Shown here: piece by piece, positions 9,444 to 19,995 of the stretch | How the letters are laid out: every line of letters starts with the position of its first letter | Numbering within the stretch: the first letter of the stretch is position 1 | DNA from: Planctomycetota bacterium | Lineage (GTDB): Bacteria; Planctomycetota; UBA8108; SXIK01 | DNA length: 64,000 nt | Reading direction: 5' to 3' | NCBI GenBank assembly: GCA_965223845.1 | Contig: CBDCXR010000004.1 | Span: forward strand, 2,944,001 to 3,008,000 | Program-made: the position numbers and the translations under genes | The notes under the pieces: generated by a model | What the model was told of the DNA's origin: nothing | What the model saw: the letters and a program-made list of their open reading frames with translations, nothing else | Databases searched by the model: none

Positions 9444-10931
9444 ATGAACGCGAACTGCACCGGATTCGAAAACACGGCGAACTGGAGTCGTCGGCGGTTC
9501 CTGAACCAATTCGCCGGCGGCCTCGGAGGATTGGCGCTCGCCGATCTCGCGGGGTCGACGCTGCGCGCAGCGCCGGCGGCCGCGGACGCGCCTCGCGGAG
9601 GAATCCTCGGGGCTCCGCACGGGTCGCCGGCGGCGAAGCGAATCATTTACCTCTTTCAGAGCGGCGGTCCGTCGCAGATGGACCTCTTCGATCACAAGCC
9701 GCTCCTCAATCAGCTCCACGGAACGGAGCTCCCCGACTCCGTGCGCGCCGGCCAGCGCCTCACCGCGATGTCGGGAAACCAAGCGAGTCTTCCGCTCGCC
9801 GGTTCGCCGTTTCCGTTCCATCGCCACGGCGAATCAGGAGCGTGGATGAGCGATCTCCTTCCGCACACTGCCGGCGTCGCCGACGAGCTCTGCATCATCC
9901 CTTCGATGTACACCGAGGCGATCAACCACGGTCCCGGCGTCACGTTCATGCAAACGGGTTCGCAGATTCCGGGGCGTCCGAGCTTCGGCGCGTGGCTCGA
10001 CTACGGGCTCGGCTCGACGAACGAGAATCTTCCGTCCTTCGTCGTCCTCATCACGAAGAACAAAGGCGGCCAACCGCTCGTCTCGCGCCTGTGGGGAAAC
10101 GGCTTTCTGCCGTCTCGTCACCAAGGAGTTCGATTCCGCTCGGGCAAGGACCCGGTGCTCTACATCGGGAATCCGGCGGGAATCGACCGCGCCAGTCGCC
10201 GTCGCCTCCTCGACCGACTGCGCGAGTTGCACGAAAACGAACTCGAATCGACGCCGGACGCGCTCATCGACGCTCGCATCGCGCAGTACGAGATGGCGTT
10301 TCGGATGCAGTCCTCCGTCCCCGAGGTCACGGACCTCGCGAGTGAGCCGCCATCGACGTTCGCTCTCTACGGCGAGGAGGCGCGAAACGCGGGAAGTTTC
10401 GCGGCGAACTGTCTCCTCGCCCGGCGTCTCGCCGAGCGCGGCGTTCGATTCATCCAGCTCTACCACCAGGGCTGGGACCAGCACGGTGGGCTGCCGCGCG
10501 GAATTCAAACTCAGTGCCGTGAGACCGATCGCGCGTCCGCCGCGCTCGTCGCCGACCTCAAGCAGCGGGGGTTGCTCGACGACACTCTCGTCGTCTGGGG
10601 CGGCGAGTTCGGAAGGACGAACTACTGTCAAGGGCGATTGACGGCGAACGACTTCGGTCGCGACCATCACCCGCGATGCTTCTCGATCTGGATCGCGGGC
10701 GGCGGCATTCGCGCGGGGACGACGTACGGACGGACCGATGACTTCGGCTACAACGTGGTCGAAAACGGCGTCCACGTGCACGACTTCCACGCGACGCTTC
10801 TCCACCTTCTCGGCATCGACCACGAGCGACTCACCTACCGGTTCCAGGGGCGTCGCTTCCGCCTGACGGACGTGCACGGACACGTGGTTCGAGACATCCT
10901 CGCCGACCCGTCGCGCGGAGCGCTCGCGTGA
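9444..10931 (+). CDS. DUF1501 domain protein (Tat-exported, sulfatase-like fold)
   Basis: SRRRFL Tat motif; IIYLFQSGGPSQMDLFDHKP, GWDQH, VVWGGEFGRT, GRDHHP, HVHDFHATLLHLLGIDH. Confidence 0.93.
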   Translation: MNANCTGFENTANWSRRRFLNQFAGGLGGLALADLAGSTLRAAPAAADAPRGGILGAPHGSPAAKRIIYLFQSGGPSQMDLFDHKPLLNQLHGTELPDSVRAGQRLTAMSGNQASLPLAGSPFPFHRHGESGAWMSDLLPHTAGVADELCIIPSMYTEAINHGPGVTFMQTGSQIPGRPSFGAWLDYGLGSTNENLPSFVVLITKNKGGQPLVSRLWGNGFLPSRHQGVRFRSGKDPVLYIGNPAGIDRASRRRLLDRLRELHENELESTPDALIDARIAQYEMAFRMQSSVPEVTDLASEPPSTFALYGEEARNAGSFAANCLLARRLAERGVRFIQLYHQGWDQHGGLPRGIQTQCRETDRASAALVADLKQRGLLDDTLVVWGGEFGRTNYCQGRLTANDFGRDHHPRCFSIWIAGGGIRAGTTYGRTDDFGYNVVENGVHVHDFHATLLHLLGIDHERLTYRFQGRRFRLTDVHGHVVRDILADPSRGALA

Positions 10932-13414
10932 ACTCGTACCACCGAGTCCTGAACCGTGTCGTGCTGGGAGCGATCCTCGCTCTCGGCCCGCCGTCGCTCA
11001 CCGGCGCGGATTCGATCGACTTCAATCGTGAGATCCGCCCGCTCCTTGCCGACGCGTGCTTCGAGTGTCACGGCCCCGACGCGAAGACTCGACGGGCGAA
11101 GCTGAGACTCGACACGCGGGAGGGACTCTTCCGGACGCGAGACGGAGTCGCCGTCGTCGCGCCGGGAAAGAGCGGAGAGAGCGAGCTCCTCCGGCGCGTC
11201 AGAAGCACGGATCCAGACGAACAGATGCCTCCGCCCGACGCGCGGCGCCGACTCTCCGCCGAAGAGATCGAGCGGCTACGACGCTGGATCGACAGCGGCG
11301 CCGACTGGCGCGGACACTGGGCGTTCATCCCACCCGAGCGTCCCGAGCTGCCGACGGTCCGCGACGGCGGCTGGCCGCAGAACCCCATCGATCACTTCGT
11401 CCTCGCCCGCCTCGAACGCGAAGGGCTCGAGCCCTCGCCGCGCGCCGAGCGCGAGATTCTCCTTCGGCGTGTGACTCTCGACCTGACCGGCCTCCCGCCC
11501 ACTCCCGAAGAGATCGACGCCTTTCTCGACGACTCTTCGCCCTACGCGTACGAGCTCGCCGTCGAACGCCTGCTGGCTTCACCGCGCTACGGCGAGCGCA
11601 TGGTTTGGGAATGGCTCGACGCCGCCCGCTACGCCGACTCGAACGGGTATCAATCCGACCCCGAGCGCACGATGTGGCCATGGCGAGATTGGGCCGTCAA
11701 CGCGCTCAACACGAATCTTCCCTTCGACGAGTTCACCGTAGAGCAGCTCGCGGGCGATCAGATTCCCGACGCCCGCCCGGATCAGATCATGGCGACGGGA
11801 TTCCATCGCAATCACATGCACAACGGCGAGGGTGGCCGCATCGCGGAGGAGACCCGGGTCGAAAACGTGATCGACCGCACCGAGACGACCGCGACGGTCT
11901 GGCTGGGCCTCACTCTCACCTGCGCGCGCTGTCACGACCACAAGTACGATCCCGTCACTCAACGCGAGTACTACCAGCTCTACGCGTTTTTCAACCGCTG
12001 CTCGGAGAACGGCGGCGGAAGAGGCGGACAGATGGCACCGGCCATCGCGTACCGCTCCCCCGAGTACCTCGAGCTGCGGAAACGCGCGGACCGGCGCATA
12101 GCGGAGCTCACCGCAGAGCTCGTCGCCGAGGAGAGCGAACTCTTCACCGGGAGCGGCGCGGATCTACCAGACGAAGCGAAAGCGGGCCTTGCGCGCGAGC
12201 CGGGAAAGCGGAGCGACAAGGAAATCGAGCTCCTCGTCGCGGCGGCGGGCGAGCGCGCGAAGGGTGGCTACGCCGATCGACTTCGCGCGGTGCGAAAGGA
12301 AGCGAACGAGAGGGAAAACGCCGAGAAGCGTCTTCCGAAGGTCATGGTCCTCGACGACGCGAAGCCGCGCGAGACCGCGATCCTCGCCATGGGGCTCTAC
12401 AACCAGCCCGGAGAGAAGGTGCCCGCCGGAGTCCCCGCCGCGCTTCCGCCGCTTCCAGACGGAACCACTCCGAACCGTCTTGCGCTCGCGCGCTGGCTCG
12501 TCGATCCGCAGCATCCGCTCACCGCACGAGTCACGGTGAACCGATACTGGCAGACGTTTTTCGGCGTTGGGCTCGTCGCGACGCCAGAGGATTTTGGTGC
12601 GCAGGGCGAACGTCCATCCCACCCTGAGCTTCTCGATTGGCTCGCGCGCGAGTTCGTCGACTCCGGGTGGGACGTGAAACGGCTCCACCGCCTGATCGTA
12701 ACGAGTTCGACGTACATGCAGAGCTCGAAGCGTCGGAGCGACGCCGGGCGAGGCGCGACCGATCCGACGAACCGCCTTCTCAGCCGAGGCCCGCGCTATC
12801 GACTCCCCTCGTGGATGATCCGCGACCAAGCGCTCTTTGTGAGCGGCCTCCTCACACCGCGGTTCGGCGGAGCTCCGGTGAAGCCGTACCAGCCGGCGGG
12901 AGTTTGGGCGGAGGCCACGTTCGGGAAGAAGCGCTACTCTCCCGACGCCGGCGACAAGCTCTATCGACGGAGCCTCTACACGTTCTGGCGGCGCATCATC
13001 GGCCCCACGATGTTCTTCGATGTCACGCCGCGCCAAACGTGCACCGTGAACACCTCGCGCACGAACACACCGCTCCACGCGCTCATCACGCTGAACGACG
13101 TCACCTACGTCGAAGCTTCGCGGGCGCTCGCCGAGCGCGTCCTACGGGAAAAACACCCTTCGACGCGTGAACGCATCGCGCGCGCCTTCCGCCTCGTCAC
13201 GGGCCGGACGCCGGAGCTCCGGGAGCGCGAAATCCTGAGTCGCCGTCTCGCGGTGCTCGCCGAGAGGTTCCGCGAGAACCCCGCGGCCGCGAAGGAGCTC
13301 CTCAGCGCCGGCGCGTCGCCTCGCGACGAATCGCTCGACCTCACGCAGCACGCGGCGTTCGCCGCGCTCGCGACGGTGATTCTCAATCTCGACGAAACGC
13401 TCAGCAAGCAATGA
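10928..13414 (+). CDS. Planctomycete cytochrome c / DUF1549 / DUF1553 (PSD1) protein
   Basis: CFECHGPD, WLDAARYADSNG, CARCHDHKYDP, HPLTARVTVNRYWQ; GTGA start/stop overlap with the upstream gene. Confidence 0.93.
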   Translation: MNSYHRVLNRVVLGAILALGPPSLTGADSIDFNREIRPLLADACFECHGPDAKTRRAKLRLDTREGLFRTRDGVAVVAPGKSGESELLRRVRSTDPDEQMPPPDARRRLSAEEIERLRRWIDSGADWRGHWAFIPPERPELPTVRDGGWPQNPIDHFVLARLEREGLEPSPRAEREILLRRVTLDLTGLPPTPEEIDAFLDDSSPYAYELAVERLLASPRYGERMVWEWLDAARYADSNGYQSDPERTMWPWRDWAVNALNTNLPFDEFTVEQLAGDQIPDARPDQIMATGFHRNHMHNGEGGRIAEETRVENVIDRTETTATVWLGLTLTCARCHDHKYDPVTQREYYQLYAFFNRCSENGGGRGGQMAPAIAYRSPEYLELRKRADRRIAELTAELVAEESELFTGSGADLPDEAKAGLAREPGKRSDKEIELLVAAAGERAKGGYADRLRAVRKEANERENAEKRLPKVMVLDDAKPRETAILAMGLYNQPGEKVPAGVPAALPPLPDGTTPNRLALARWLVDPQHPLTARVTVNRYWQTFFGVGLVATPEDFGAQGERPSHPELLDWLAREFVDSGWDVKRLHRLIVTSSTYMQSSKRRSDAGRGATDPTNRLLSRGPRYRLPSWMIRDQALFVSGLLTPRFGGAPVKPYQPAGVWAEATFGKKRYSPDAGDKLYRRSLYTFWRRIIGPTMFFDVTPRQTCTVNTSRTNTPLHALITLNDVTYVEASRALAERVLREKHPSTRERIARAFRLVTGRTPELREREILSRRLAVLAERFRENPAAAKELLSAGASPRDESLDLTQHAAFAALATVILNLDETLSKQ

Positions 13415-14880
13415 CCGAGCCCACCCCTCTCCACGACCGGCGCCTCGACGTCACCCGCCGTCACTTTTTCGGACGCGCGGCGAGCGGTATCGGTACGGCC
13501 GCGCTCGCGACTCTACTCGCCCGGGACCTCGACGGCGCAACGTCCGGCGCGGAGAGCCCGCTCGGGAAAAGCGTGCGCCAGTTCGCACCGCGGGCGAAGC
13601 GCGTCATCTACCTCTTTCAGAACGGCGCGCCGACCCACGTCGATCTCTACGACTACAAACCCAAGCTGCGTGAGTGGCACGGTCGACAGATCCCGCCCGA
13701 AATCCAGGCGGGTCGCCGTCTGAGCACCATGACGAGCGGACAGACCAGTCGCCCGCTTCTCGGCGAGGTCACGCGCTTTTCGCAGCATGGCGAGAGCGGC
13801 GCCTGGGTGAACAGCTTCATGCCCCACATCGCCGGCATCGCCGACGACCTCTGCTTCGTCAAGAGTCTCCACACCGAGCAGGTGAATCACGCGCCGGCGA
13901 TCACGTTCTTCCTCACCGGCGCCGAGATCGTCGGTCGACCGAGCATGGGCGCATGGCTCACCTACGGCCTCGGAAGCGACTCGGAGGATCTGCCGGGGTT
14001 CGTCGTCATGACGTCGCGCGATCGCGAGGCGTCCTGCGGGCAGATCTTCTACGACTACTACTGGGGAAGTGGATTCCTCCCGACAAAGTTCCAAGGCGTG
14101 AAGTTTCGGGGGAGCGGCGATCCGGTGCTCTACCTCTCGAGTCCGCGCGGGCTCGACCGGCGCATGCGGCGCGATCTGCTGGACGACATCGCCGAGCTGA
14201 ACGAGCTCAACCTCGCACGCTTCGGCGACCCGGAGATCGCGACCCGCATCGCCCAGTACGAGATGGCCTATCGCATGCAGGCGTCCGTGCCCGAGCTCAC
14301 GGATCTCTCGACGGAACCGCGGCACATCCTCGACATGTACGGCCCAGACGTCGAGCGGAAGGGATCGTTCGCTTACAACTGTCTGATGGCGCGGCGCCTC
14401 GCCGAGCGGGGAGTTCGTTTCGTGCAGCTCATGCACGCGGGCTGGGACCAGCACAACAACCTCAACCACCAGCTCGAGGTTCAGTGCCGCGACACGGACG
14501 CGCCATCCGCCGCCCTCGTCGCCGATCTCAAGCAGCGCGGTCTCCTCGACGAAACGCTCGTGGTTTGGGGCGGCGAATTCGGACGCACGCCGTTCCTCCA
14601 GGGAAAGATCGCGGACACCAAGCGCTGGGGCCGCGATCACCACCCGTACGCGTTCACGATCTGGATGGCCGGCGGCGGAATCCGTGCGGGCACGTCCTAC
14701 GGCGAGTCGGACGAGTTCGGGTACAACGTCGCGAAGGACCCGGTGCACGTCCACGACTTTCAGGCGACGGTGCTCCATCTTCTCGGCATCGATCACGAGC
14801 GGCTGACGTTCAAGTACCAGGGTCGGCACTTCCGGCTGACGGATGTGCACGGTCGCGTCGTGCGAGAGATTCTGGGGTGA
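13411..14880 (+). CDS. DUF1501 domain protein (Tat-exported)
   Basis: TRRHFF Tat motif; VIYLFQNGAPTHVDLYDYKP, GWDQH, WGGEFGRTP, GRDHHP; ATGA overlap with the upstream gene. Confidence 0.93.
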   Translation: MTEPTPLHDRRLDVTRRHFFGRAASGIGTAALATLLARDLDGATSGAESPLGKSVRQFAPRAKRVIYLFQNGAPTHVDLYDYKPKLREWHGRQIPPEIQAGRRLSTMTSGQTSRPLLGEVTRFSQHGESGAWVNSFMPHIAGIADDLCFVKSLHTEQVNHAPAITFFLTGAEIVGRPSMGAWLTYGLGSDSEDLPGFVVMTSRDREASCGQIFYDYYWGSGFLPTKFQGVKFRGSGDPVLYLSSPRGLDRRMRRDLLDDIAELNELNLARFGDPEIATRIAQYEMAYRMQASVPELTDLSTEPRHILDMYGPDVERKGSFAYNCLMARRLAERGVRFVQLMHAGWDQHNNLNHQLEVQCRDTDAPSAALVADLKQRGLLDETLVVWGGEFGRTPFLQGKIADTKRWGRDHHPYAFTIWMAGGGIRAGTSYGESDEFGYNVAKDPVHVHDFQATVLHLLGIDHERLTFKYQGRHFRLTDVHGRVVREILG

Positions 14881-14893
14881 CCTTCCATTCTCC

Positions 14894-14982
14894 GGGGAAG
14901 AGATGCACTCGAAGGTGGCGACGTGCACGCGAAGGAAGACGAAGAGAGACGATTTAGCTCTAGGAGCTCGTGTGAACCTCTT
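14894..14982. repeat. Short copy of the REP/MITE-like repeat family also found at 55307-55611
   Basis: ACGCGAAGGAAGACGAAG (14927-14944) is identical to the reverse complement of 55565-55582. AGGAGCTC (14962-14969) equals 55363-55370. CGTGTGAACCTCTT (14969-14982) matches 55598-55611 at 13/14. Confidence 0.65.
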
Positions 14983-15043
14983 GTCCGAGGATCGCGGGAG
15001 CGAATAGTCTGAACGCCGGCGCCACGCCGAACGGGAGATCACG

Positions 15044-16264
15044 ATGCCCTCACGCAAAGAACTCACCCGCCGCCGCTTCCTCGCGAGCTCAGCGATCGCC
15101 GCTGGAGTCGCGCCGCTCTTCGCCCCGTCGACCGTTTTCGGCGCCAACGATCGCATCGCGATGGCGAGCATTGGAGTCGGCAGCCGCGGCCGCGGCGACA
15201 TGGCCGGACTGCTGGGGTTTCCCGAAGTTCGCATGCTCGCGGTGTGCGATGTGGTGAGAAGCCATCGCGACAACGCGAAGAGCATGGTCGACCGTCGCTA
15301 CGGCAACTCCGATTGCACCGCGGTGACCGATTTTCGTGAGCTCGTCCATCGACGGGACATCGACGCAGTCATGATCGCGACGCCCGACCACTGGCACGCG
15401 CTCATCGCGATCGAGGCGATGAAACACGGAAAGGACGTCTTCTGCGAGAAACCCGAATCGCTCACGGTCCGGGAGGGGCGCGCGATGGTCGATGCCGCGC
15501 GTCGATACGGCCGAGTGTTCTCGGGTGGCAGCCAGAGAGTGTGGGGCGACTACAACTGGTTTCACCGCATGGTGCGCGGCGGGGAGATCGGAGAAGTGCG
15601 AGAAGCTTGGGTCAACGTCGGCGGTCCCTCCGGCCCGTGCCACTTGCCGGCCGTACCCACACCGGACGGGGTCGACTGGAACCTGTGGCTCGGCCCGGCG
15701 CCGGCGCGCCCCTTTCACCCGACGCTCATCCGCGGCGGCTTCCGTCCCTACCGCGACTACTCGGGCGGCGGGATGACCGATTGGGGCTGCCACGGATTCG
15801 GCGGCGCGCTCTTCACCTGCGGTCTCCACGAGACGGGACCGGTCGAGATCATTCCGCCCGACGGCGATGAATTCCCGCAGCTCACCTACCGATTCGCGAA
15901 CGGAGTTCGCATCTACCACGGCGGCGGGTGGGGTGGCCTTCTCTCGTTCCGCGGCACGGAGGGCGAGCTTCCCGAGCGCGACCCGAAAAAGCGCGGCGCC
16001 GAGCCGCCGGCGATCCACATTCCGAACTACAAGGGTCGCGGCGGTCTCCTCGGCGACTTCGTGCACTGCGTGAAAACGCGCGAGCTGCCGTTCCGCGACA
16101 TCGAGATCGCCCACCGGACGGCGACTCACTGTCACCTCGGAAACATCGCGTATTGGCTGCGGCGGACCATCCGCTGGAATCCGGAGAAGGAAGAGATCAT
16201 CGGCGATCCAGAAGCGTCGCGCTGGCTCGGTCGACCCATGCGCGAACCGTGGTCACTCGGCTGA
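15044..16264 (+). CDS. Tat-exported Gfo/Idh/MocA oxidoreductase
   Basis: TRRRFL; IGVGSRG; IATPDHWHA; DVFCEKP; MTDWGCH; HLGNIAY. Confidence 0.93.
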   Translation: MPSRKELTRRRFLASSAIAAGVAPLFAPSTVFGANDRIAMASIGVGSRGRGDMAGLLGFPEVRMLAVCDVVRSHRDNAKSMVDRRYGNSDCTAVTDFRELVHRRDIDAVMIATPDHWHALIAIEAMKHGKDVFCEKPESLTVREGRAMVDAARRYGRVFSGGSQRVWGDYNWFHRMVRGGEIGEVREAWVNVGGPSGPCHLPAVPTPDGVDWNLWLGPAPARPFHPTLIRGGFRPYRDYSGGGMTDWGCHGFGGALFTCGLHETGPVEIIPPDGDEFPQLTYRFANGVRIYHGGGWGGLLSFRGTEGELPERDPKKRGAEPPAIHIPNYKGRGGLLGDFVHCVKTRELPFRDIEIAHRTATHCHLGNIAYWLRRTIRWNPEKEEIIGDPEASRWLGRPMREPWSLG

Positions 16265-16349
16265 CGCGCCGCGACGACCTTCGTCGTTCGAAGCGCGCGG
16301 ACGGATCTCGAGCGACTCGGGGACACATCGAACGCGAGGCATTCGTACC

Positions 16350-18893
16350 GTGAGATCTAGATCGACGGGTTCACTCGCCCTTGGGCTTCTCTGGATCATC
16401 GCGTCGTCTTCCCCCACTGCCGAGGGGGGAGAAACGCTGACAGATCTCGAGAGCGCGCTCGCGGCCGCGAAAGACTACCGTTACGGCGAAAACGAAGCGC
16501 CGCTGAAGACGATCGAACGATTCGCGGTCGATGCGATCGGTCCGGAATCGTCGGCGCGCGAAGCGGTCGAGTCCCGGCTTCTCGACGCACTCAGCGGAGA
16601 GGGCTCGACCGAATTCAAAGCGTTTCTCTGCCGCCAGCTCCGCACCGTCGGCGGTGGACGGTCCATCCCATTGCTCGAACGACTTCTCGCCTCGCCGGAG
16701 CTGTCTCACATGGCGCGCTTCGCGCTCGGACGCATTCCCGACCCGGAGGCCGCGCGAGCCCTTCACCGCGCGGCGAGTCGTCTCGAAGGAAAGCAACTCG
16801 CCGGGGTGCTCGGTACGCTCGGCGAACGGCGTCACGCTCCAGCGATCGCTCTCCTCGTCAAGCACCTCGGGTCGAGCGACCCCAGCGTCGCCGCGGCCGC
16901 CGCAAACGCGCTCGGGCGCGTGGGAACGGGTGAAGCAGCAAACGAGCTTGTCTCGGCGCGGGCGAAGGCGAGCGATTCCCTTCGGCCTTTCGTCGACAAT
17001 GCGCTCTTCGTTTGCGCGGAACGCTTGGCCGCGGGTGGTGACATGGAGGCTGCGGCATCGATCTACGCGCGATTTCTGACGCCGGATCATCCGAGCCATC
17101 TGCGCGTCGGCGCGCTGAACGGCCTCGCTAGCACCGACCGAGAGCGCGTCGGGACTCGACTCCTTCGCGCGCTCACGGATCGAGACCCCGCGGTGCGGGC
17201 CAGTGCGGTCGCCCTCACCGGAAGCGTTCCGGGGACCGAGCTGACCCAAAAGCTCGTCTCGCGGCTTCCCGCGCTCGAGGCTGACACGCGGTCGCGCCTC
17301 ATTCGTTCGCTCGGATCTCGCGGGGATCGAGTGGCTCTAGGAGCCGTGCGCGACGCCCTCGAAAGCGAGCACGAACCGACGCGCGTCGCCGCTCTCTTCG
17401 CGCTGGGGCGGATCGGAACCGCGGCGGATGTCGCTCGGCTCGCAGAAGCGGCGGCGAGCAAATCGGGCGCAGCGCAAACGACCGCGCGGGCGAGTCTCGT
17501 CCGCATCACCGCTCCGGGCGCGGAGGACGCGATCGTCAGCGGCGTCCTCGTCGGCGACGCGGCCCAGCGCCGAGAACGGATCCGTGCCTTGCGCGACCGT
17601 CGCGCCGGGGCGGCATTCGAAACCATCGTTCGCGCGGCGAGTGCCGACGACGCGGGCGTGCGTGCGGACGCCTTCGACGCCCTCGGACGCCTCGCGGACG
17701 CGTCGACTCTCGGCGAGCTCACCGGCCTCGTCGGCTCCACTCGCGCGGACGAGCGCGGACTCGCGGCGAAGGCGATCGAGTCTGCGTTCAGGCGCGTTCG
17801 CGACCCCGCGCTCCGTCTCAACGCCATTCGGAGCGCACTCGACGCGAGTCCCGTAGACGCGAAGCCTACGCTCGTCGGGATCCTGAAGTCGATCGCCTCG
17901 GCCGAGTCTCTCACGCTCGCGTGGCAGGCCGCGAAGTCCTCCGAGACCAGCGTTCGACGCGCGGCGATCGAAACCATCGCCGCCTGGCCGGATTCGTCGC
18001 CCGCCGACGCTCTCCTCGCCGCCGTTCCCCAACTGACCGATCCCCGAGAGAAGCGCACGGCGCTTCGCGGATTCGTCCGCATGGCGCAGCAATCCGAGGA
18101 GCCCGTCGCTCGCGTGAACGCGGCGTTCGAGGTCTGCTCCGGTCCCGAGGAGCGCGCGATCGTACTCGATGGACTCGCCGCCGTCGGTGACGAAACCACG
18201 CTGGCACTCGTCCTCGGAAAGCTGAGCTCAAGCAGCGCCGCCGAGGTCGAGCTCGCTGCCGCCGCGCGAGCTGCGGTACGGATCGCCGATCGCATTCGAT
18301 CGAAGGACACGGCGGTCGCGTCCCGCGCGCTCGAAAGCGTTGTCGCGAAGACCGGCGACGCGAAGATCCGCGCAGAAGCGCAGGACGTCCTCGGGCGCAT
18401 CCACCAGTTCGAGGGGCACATTCGACTTTGGCAGATCTCTGGGCCGTACCAGAAGAACGAGGCCGACTTCGAAGCCGTGTTCGCGGCGGAGTTCCGTCCC
18501 GAGAGCGCCGACGGGAACGCGGCGTGGAAGCAGCTTCGACGCGGCGTCGGGGCCTGGGACATCGATCTCACGCGGATGATGGGAGCTCTCGGGAACGCGG
18601 CCGCGTACGTTCGAACGCGCATCGCATCGCCGACCGCTCGAGGCGCCCGTCTCGAGCTCGGGAGCGACGATGCCGTCAAGGTCTGGCTCAACGGGAAGCT
18701 CGTCCATGCAAAGCTCGCTCTCCGCGGCCTCTCGCCGCGGTCGGACGTCGTTCCCGTCGAGCTTCGCCAGGGCTCGAACGAGCTTCTCCTCAAGATCGTC
18801 AACAGCGGCGGCGGCTGGAGCTTTTGCTGCCGCGTGCGAAACGCCGACGGTAGTGCACTGGACGACATCCAGATCTCGCTCCCGACGCCTTGA
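16350..18893 (+). CDS. Exported HEAT-repeat protein with C-terminal beta-sandwich (PA14/CBM-like) domain
   Basis: Signal peptide; repeated helical ARFALGRI/AANALGRVG/ALFALGRIG/AFDALGRLA units; C-terminal AYVRTRI...LGSDDAVKVWLNG...NELLLKI. Confidence 0.85.
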   Translation: MRSRSTGSLALGLLWIIASSSPTAEGGETLTDLESALAAAKDYRYGENEAPLKTIERFAVDAIGPESSAREAVESRLLDALSGEGSTEFKAFLCRQLRTVGGGRSIPLLERLLASPELSHMARFALGRIPDPEAARALHRAASRLEGKQLAGVLGTLGERRHAPAIALLVKHLGSSDPSVAAAAANALGRVGTGEAANELVSARAKASDSLRPFVDNALFVCAERLAAGGDMEAAASIYARFLTPDHPSHLRVGALNGLASTDRERVGTRLLRALTDRDPAVRASAVALTGSVPGTELTQKLVSRLPALEADTRSRLIRSLGSRGDRVALGAVRDALESEHEPTRVAALFALGRIGTAADVARLAEAAASKSGAAQTTARASLVRITAPGAEDAIVSGVLVGDAAQRRERIRALRDRRAGAAFETIVRAASADDAGVRADAFDALGRLADASTLGELTGLVGSTRADERGLAAKAIESAFRRVRDPALRLNAIRSALDASPVDAKPTLVGILKSIASAESLTLAWQAAKSSETSVRRAAIETIAAWPDSSPADALLAAVPQLTDPREKRTALRGFVRMAQQSEEPVARVNAAFEVCSGPEERAIVLDGLAAVGDETTLALVLGKLSSSSAAEVELAAAARAAVRIADRIRSKDTAVASRALESVVAKTGDAKIRAEAQDVLGRIHQFEGHIRLWQISGPYQKNEADFEAVFAAEFRPESADGNAAWKQLRRGVGAWDIDLTRMMGALGNAAAYVRTRIASPTARGARLELGSDDAVKVWLNGKLVHAKLALRGLSPRSDVVPVELRQGSNELLLKIVNSGGGWSFCCRVRNADGSALDDIQISLPTP

Positions 18894-18911
18894 ATGGAAT
18901 AGAGGATCACG

Positions 18912-19892
18912 ATGGCAACGAACAACGACAACCCAGTCGCTGCCCACACTCGACGAGACCTCCTCGTCGTCGCGGGAGGCGGCCTCGCCGCGACTCTCAT
19001 TCCGTCGCGCGCGGTGGCGGCTGAACCGCGTGCGATCACTCCCGCTGAGCATCCCGGTTTCCGCTACGGACTCAACATGAGTACGATTCGCGGGCAGAAG
19101 CTCTCGGCGGATCGCGAGGTCGACGTCGCCGGAAAAGCCGGGTACGACGCGATCGAGCCGTGGCTCGGAAAGCTCCACGAGTACGTTCGCGGGGGTGGAT
19201 CGCTCACGGATCTGCGCAAACGGATCGCCGACCACGGCCTCAGCGTCGAAAGCGCGATCGGATTCGCGTCGTGGATCGTCGACGACGACGCGCAGCGCGC
19301 GAAAGGGCTCGAGCAGGCGAAGCGGGACATGGAGGTGATCGCAGCGATCGGCGGAACCCGGATCGCCGCGCCGCCGGCCGGAGTTCCGCGAGGACAGAGC
19401 GTCGATCCGCGCGCCGCCGCCGAGCGCTACCGCGCGCTCCTCGAGATCGGCGAAAACCTGGGAGTGATCCCACAGATCGAAATGTGGGGAGGCAACGCGA
19501 GCATCGGCCGTGTGGGCACGGCGATTTTCATCGCGATCGAGTGCGGCCACCCGAAGGCGTGCTTCCTAGGCGACGTCTACCACACGTACAAGGGTGGATC
19601 GGACTTCGCGGGACTGCGGCTCCTCAGCGCTCACGCACTCCAGGTCTATCACTTCAACGACTACCCGGCCGACCCGCCGCGGGAACGCATCGGAGACGCG
19701 GATCGAGTCTATCCCGGCGATGGAATCGCACCGATCGGCGAGATCCTCCGCTCGTTCATCGCAGTCGGCGCAGCACCCGTGCTGTCGCTCGAGCTGTTCA
19801 ATCGAGAATACTGGAAGCTCGATGCGCTCGACGCGGCACGCACGGGGCTGAAGAAGATGAAAGCCTCGGTGGCGGCAGCCACGACCGGGTAA
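18912..19892 (+). CDS. Tat-exported sugar-phosphate isomerase/epimerase (xylose isomerase-like TIM barrel)
   Basis: TRRDLL Tat motif; AGYDAIEPW, QIEMWG, GDVYH, YHFND, RVYPGDG, LSLELF metal-binding pattern. Confidence 0.9.
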   Translation: MATNNDNPVAAHTRRDLLVVAGGGLAATLIPSRAVAAEPRAITPAEHPGFRYGLNMSTIRGQKLSADREVDVAGKAGYDAIEPWLGKLHEYVRGGGSLTDLRKRIADHGLSVESAIGFASWIVDDDAQRAKGLEQAKRDMEVIAAIGGTRIAAPPAGVPRGQSVDPRAAAERYRALLEIGENLGVIPQIEMWGGNASIGRVGTAIFIAIECGHPKACFLGDVYHTYKGGSDFAGLRLLSAHALQVYHFNDYPADPPRERIGDADRVYPGDGIAPIGEILRSFIAVGAAPVLSLELFNREYWKLDALDAARTGLKKMKASVAAATTG

Positions 19893-19995
19893 CCGACGAC
19901 CGGCGCTTTCGCCTACACGGGCTCACGCGCGGGCGAATCGGATCGCGCGGAGATGTCACCACGAAGGGATTGAAATGAGCGAGTCCCGAGCCGGC

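Noticed and set aside
16306-16321. 15/16 match to 55273-55288 (TCTCGAGCGAYTCGGG)
   Set aside because: Made of TCGA/CGA words that are very common in this sequence and lacks the repeat-family core.
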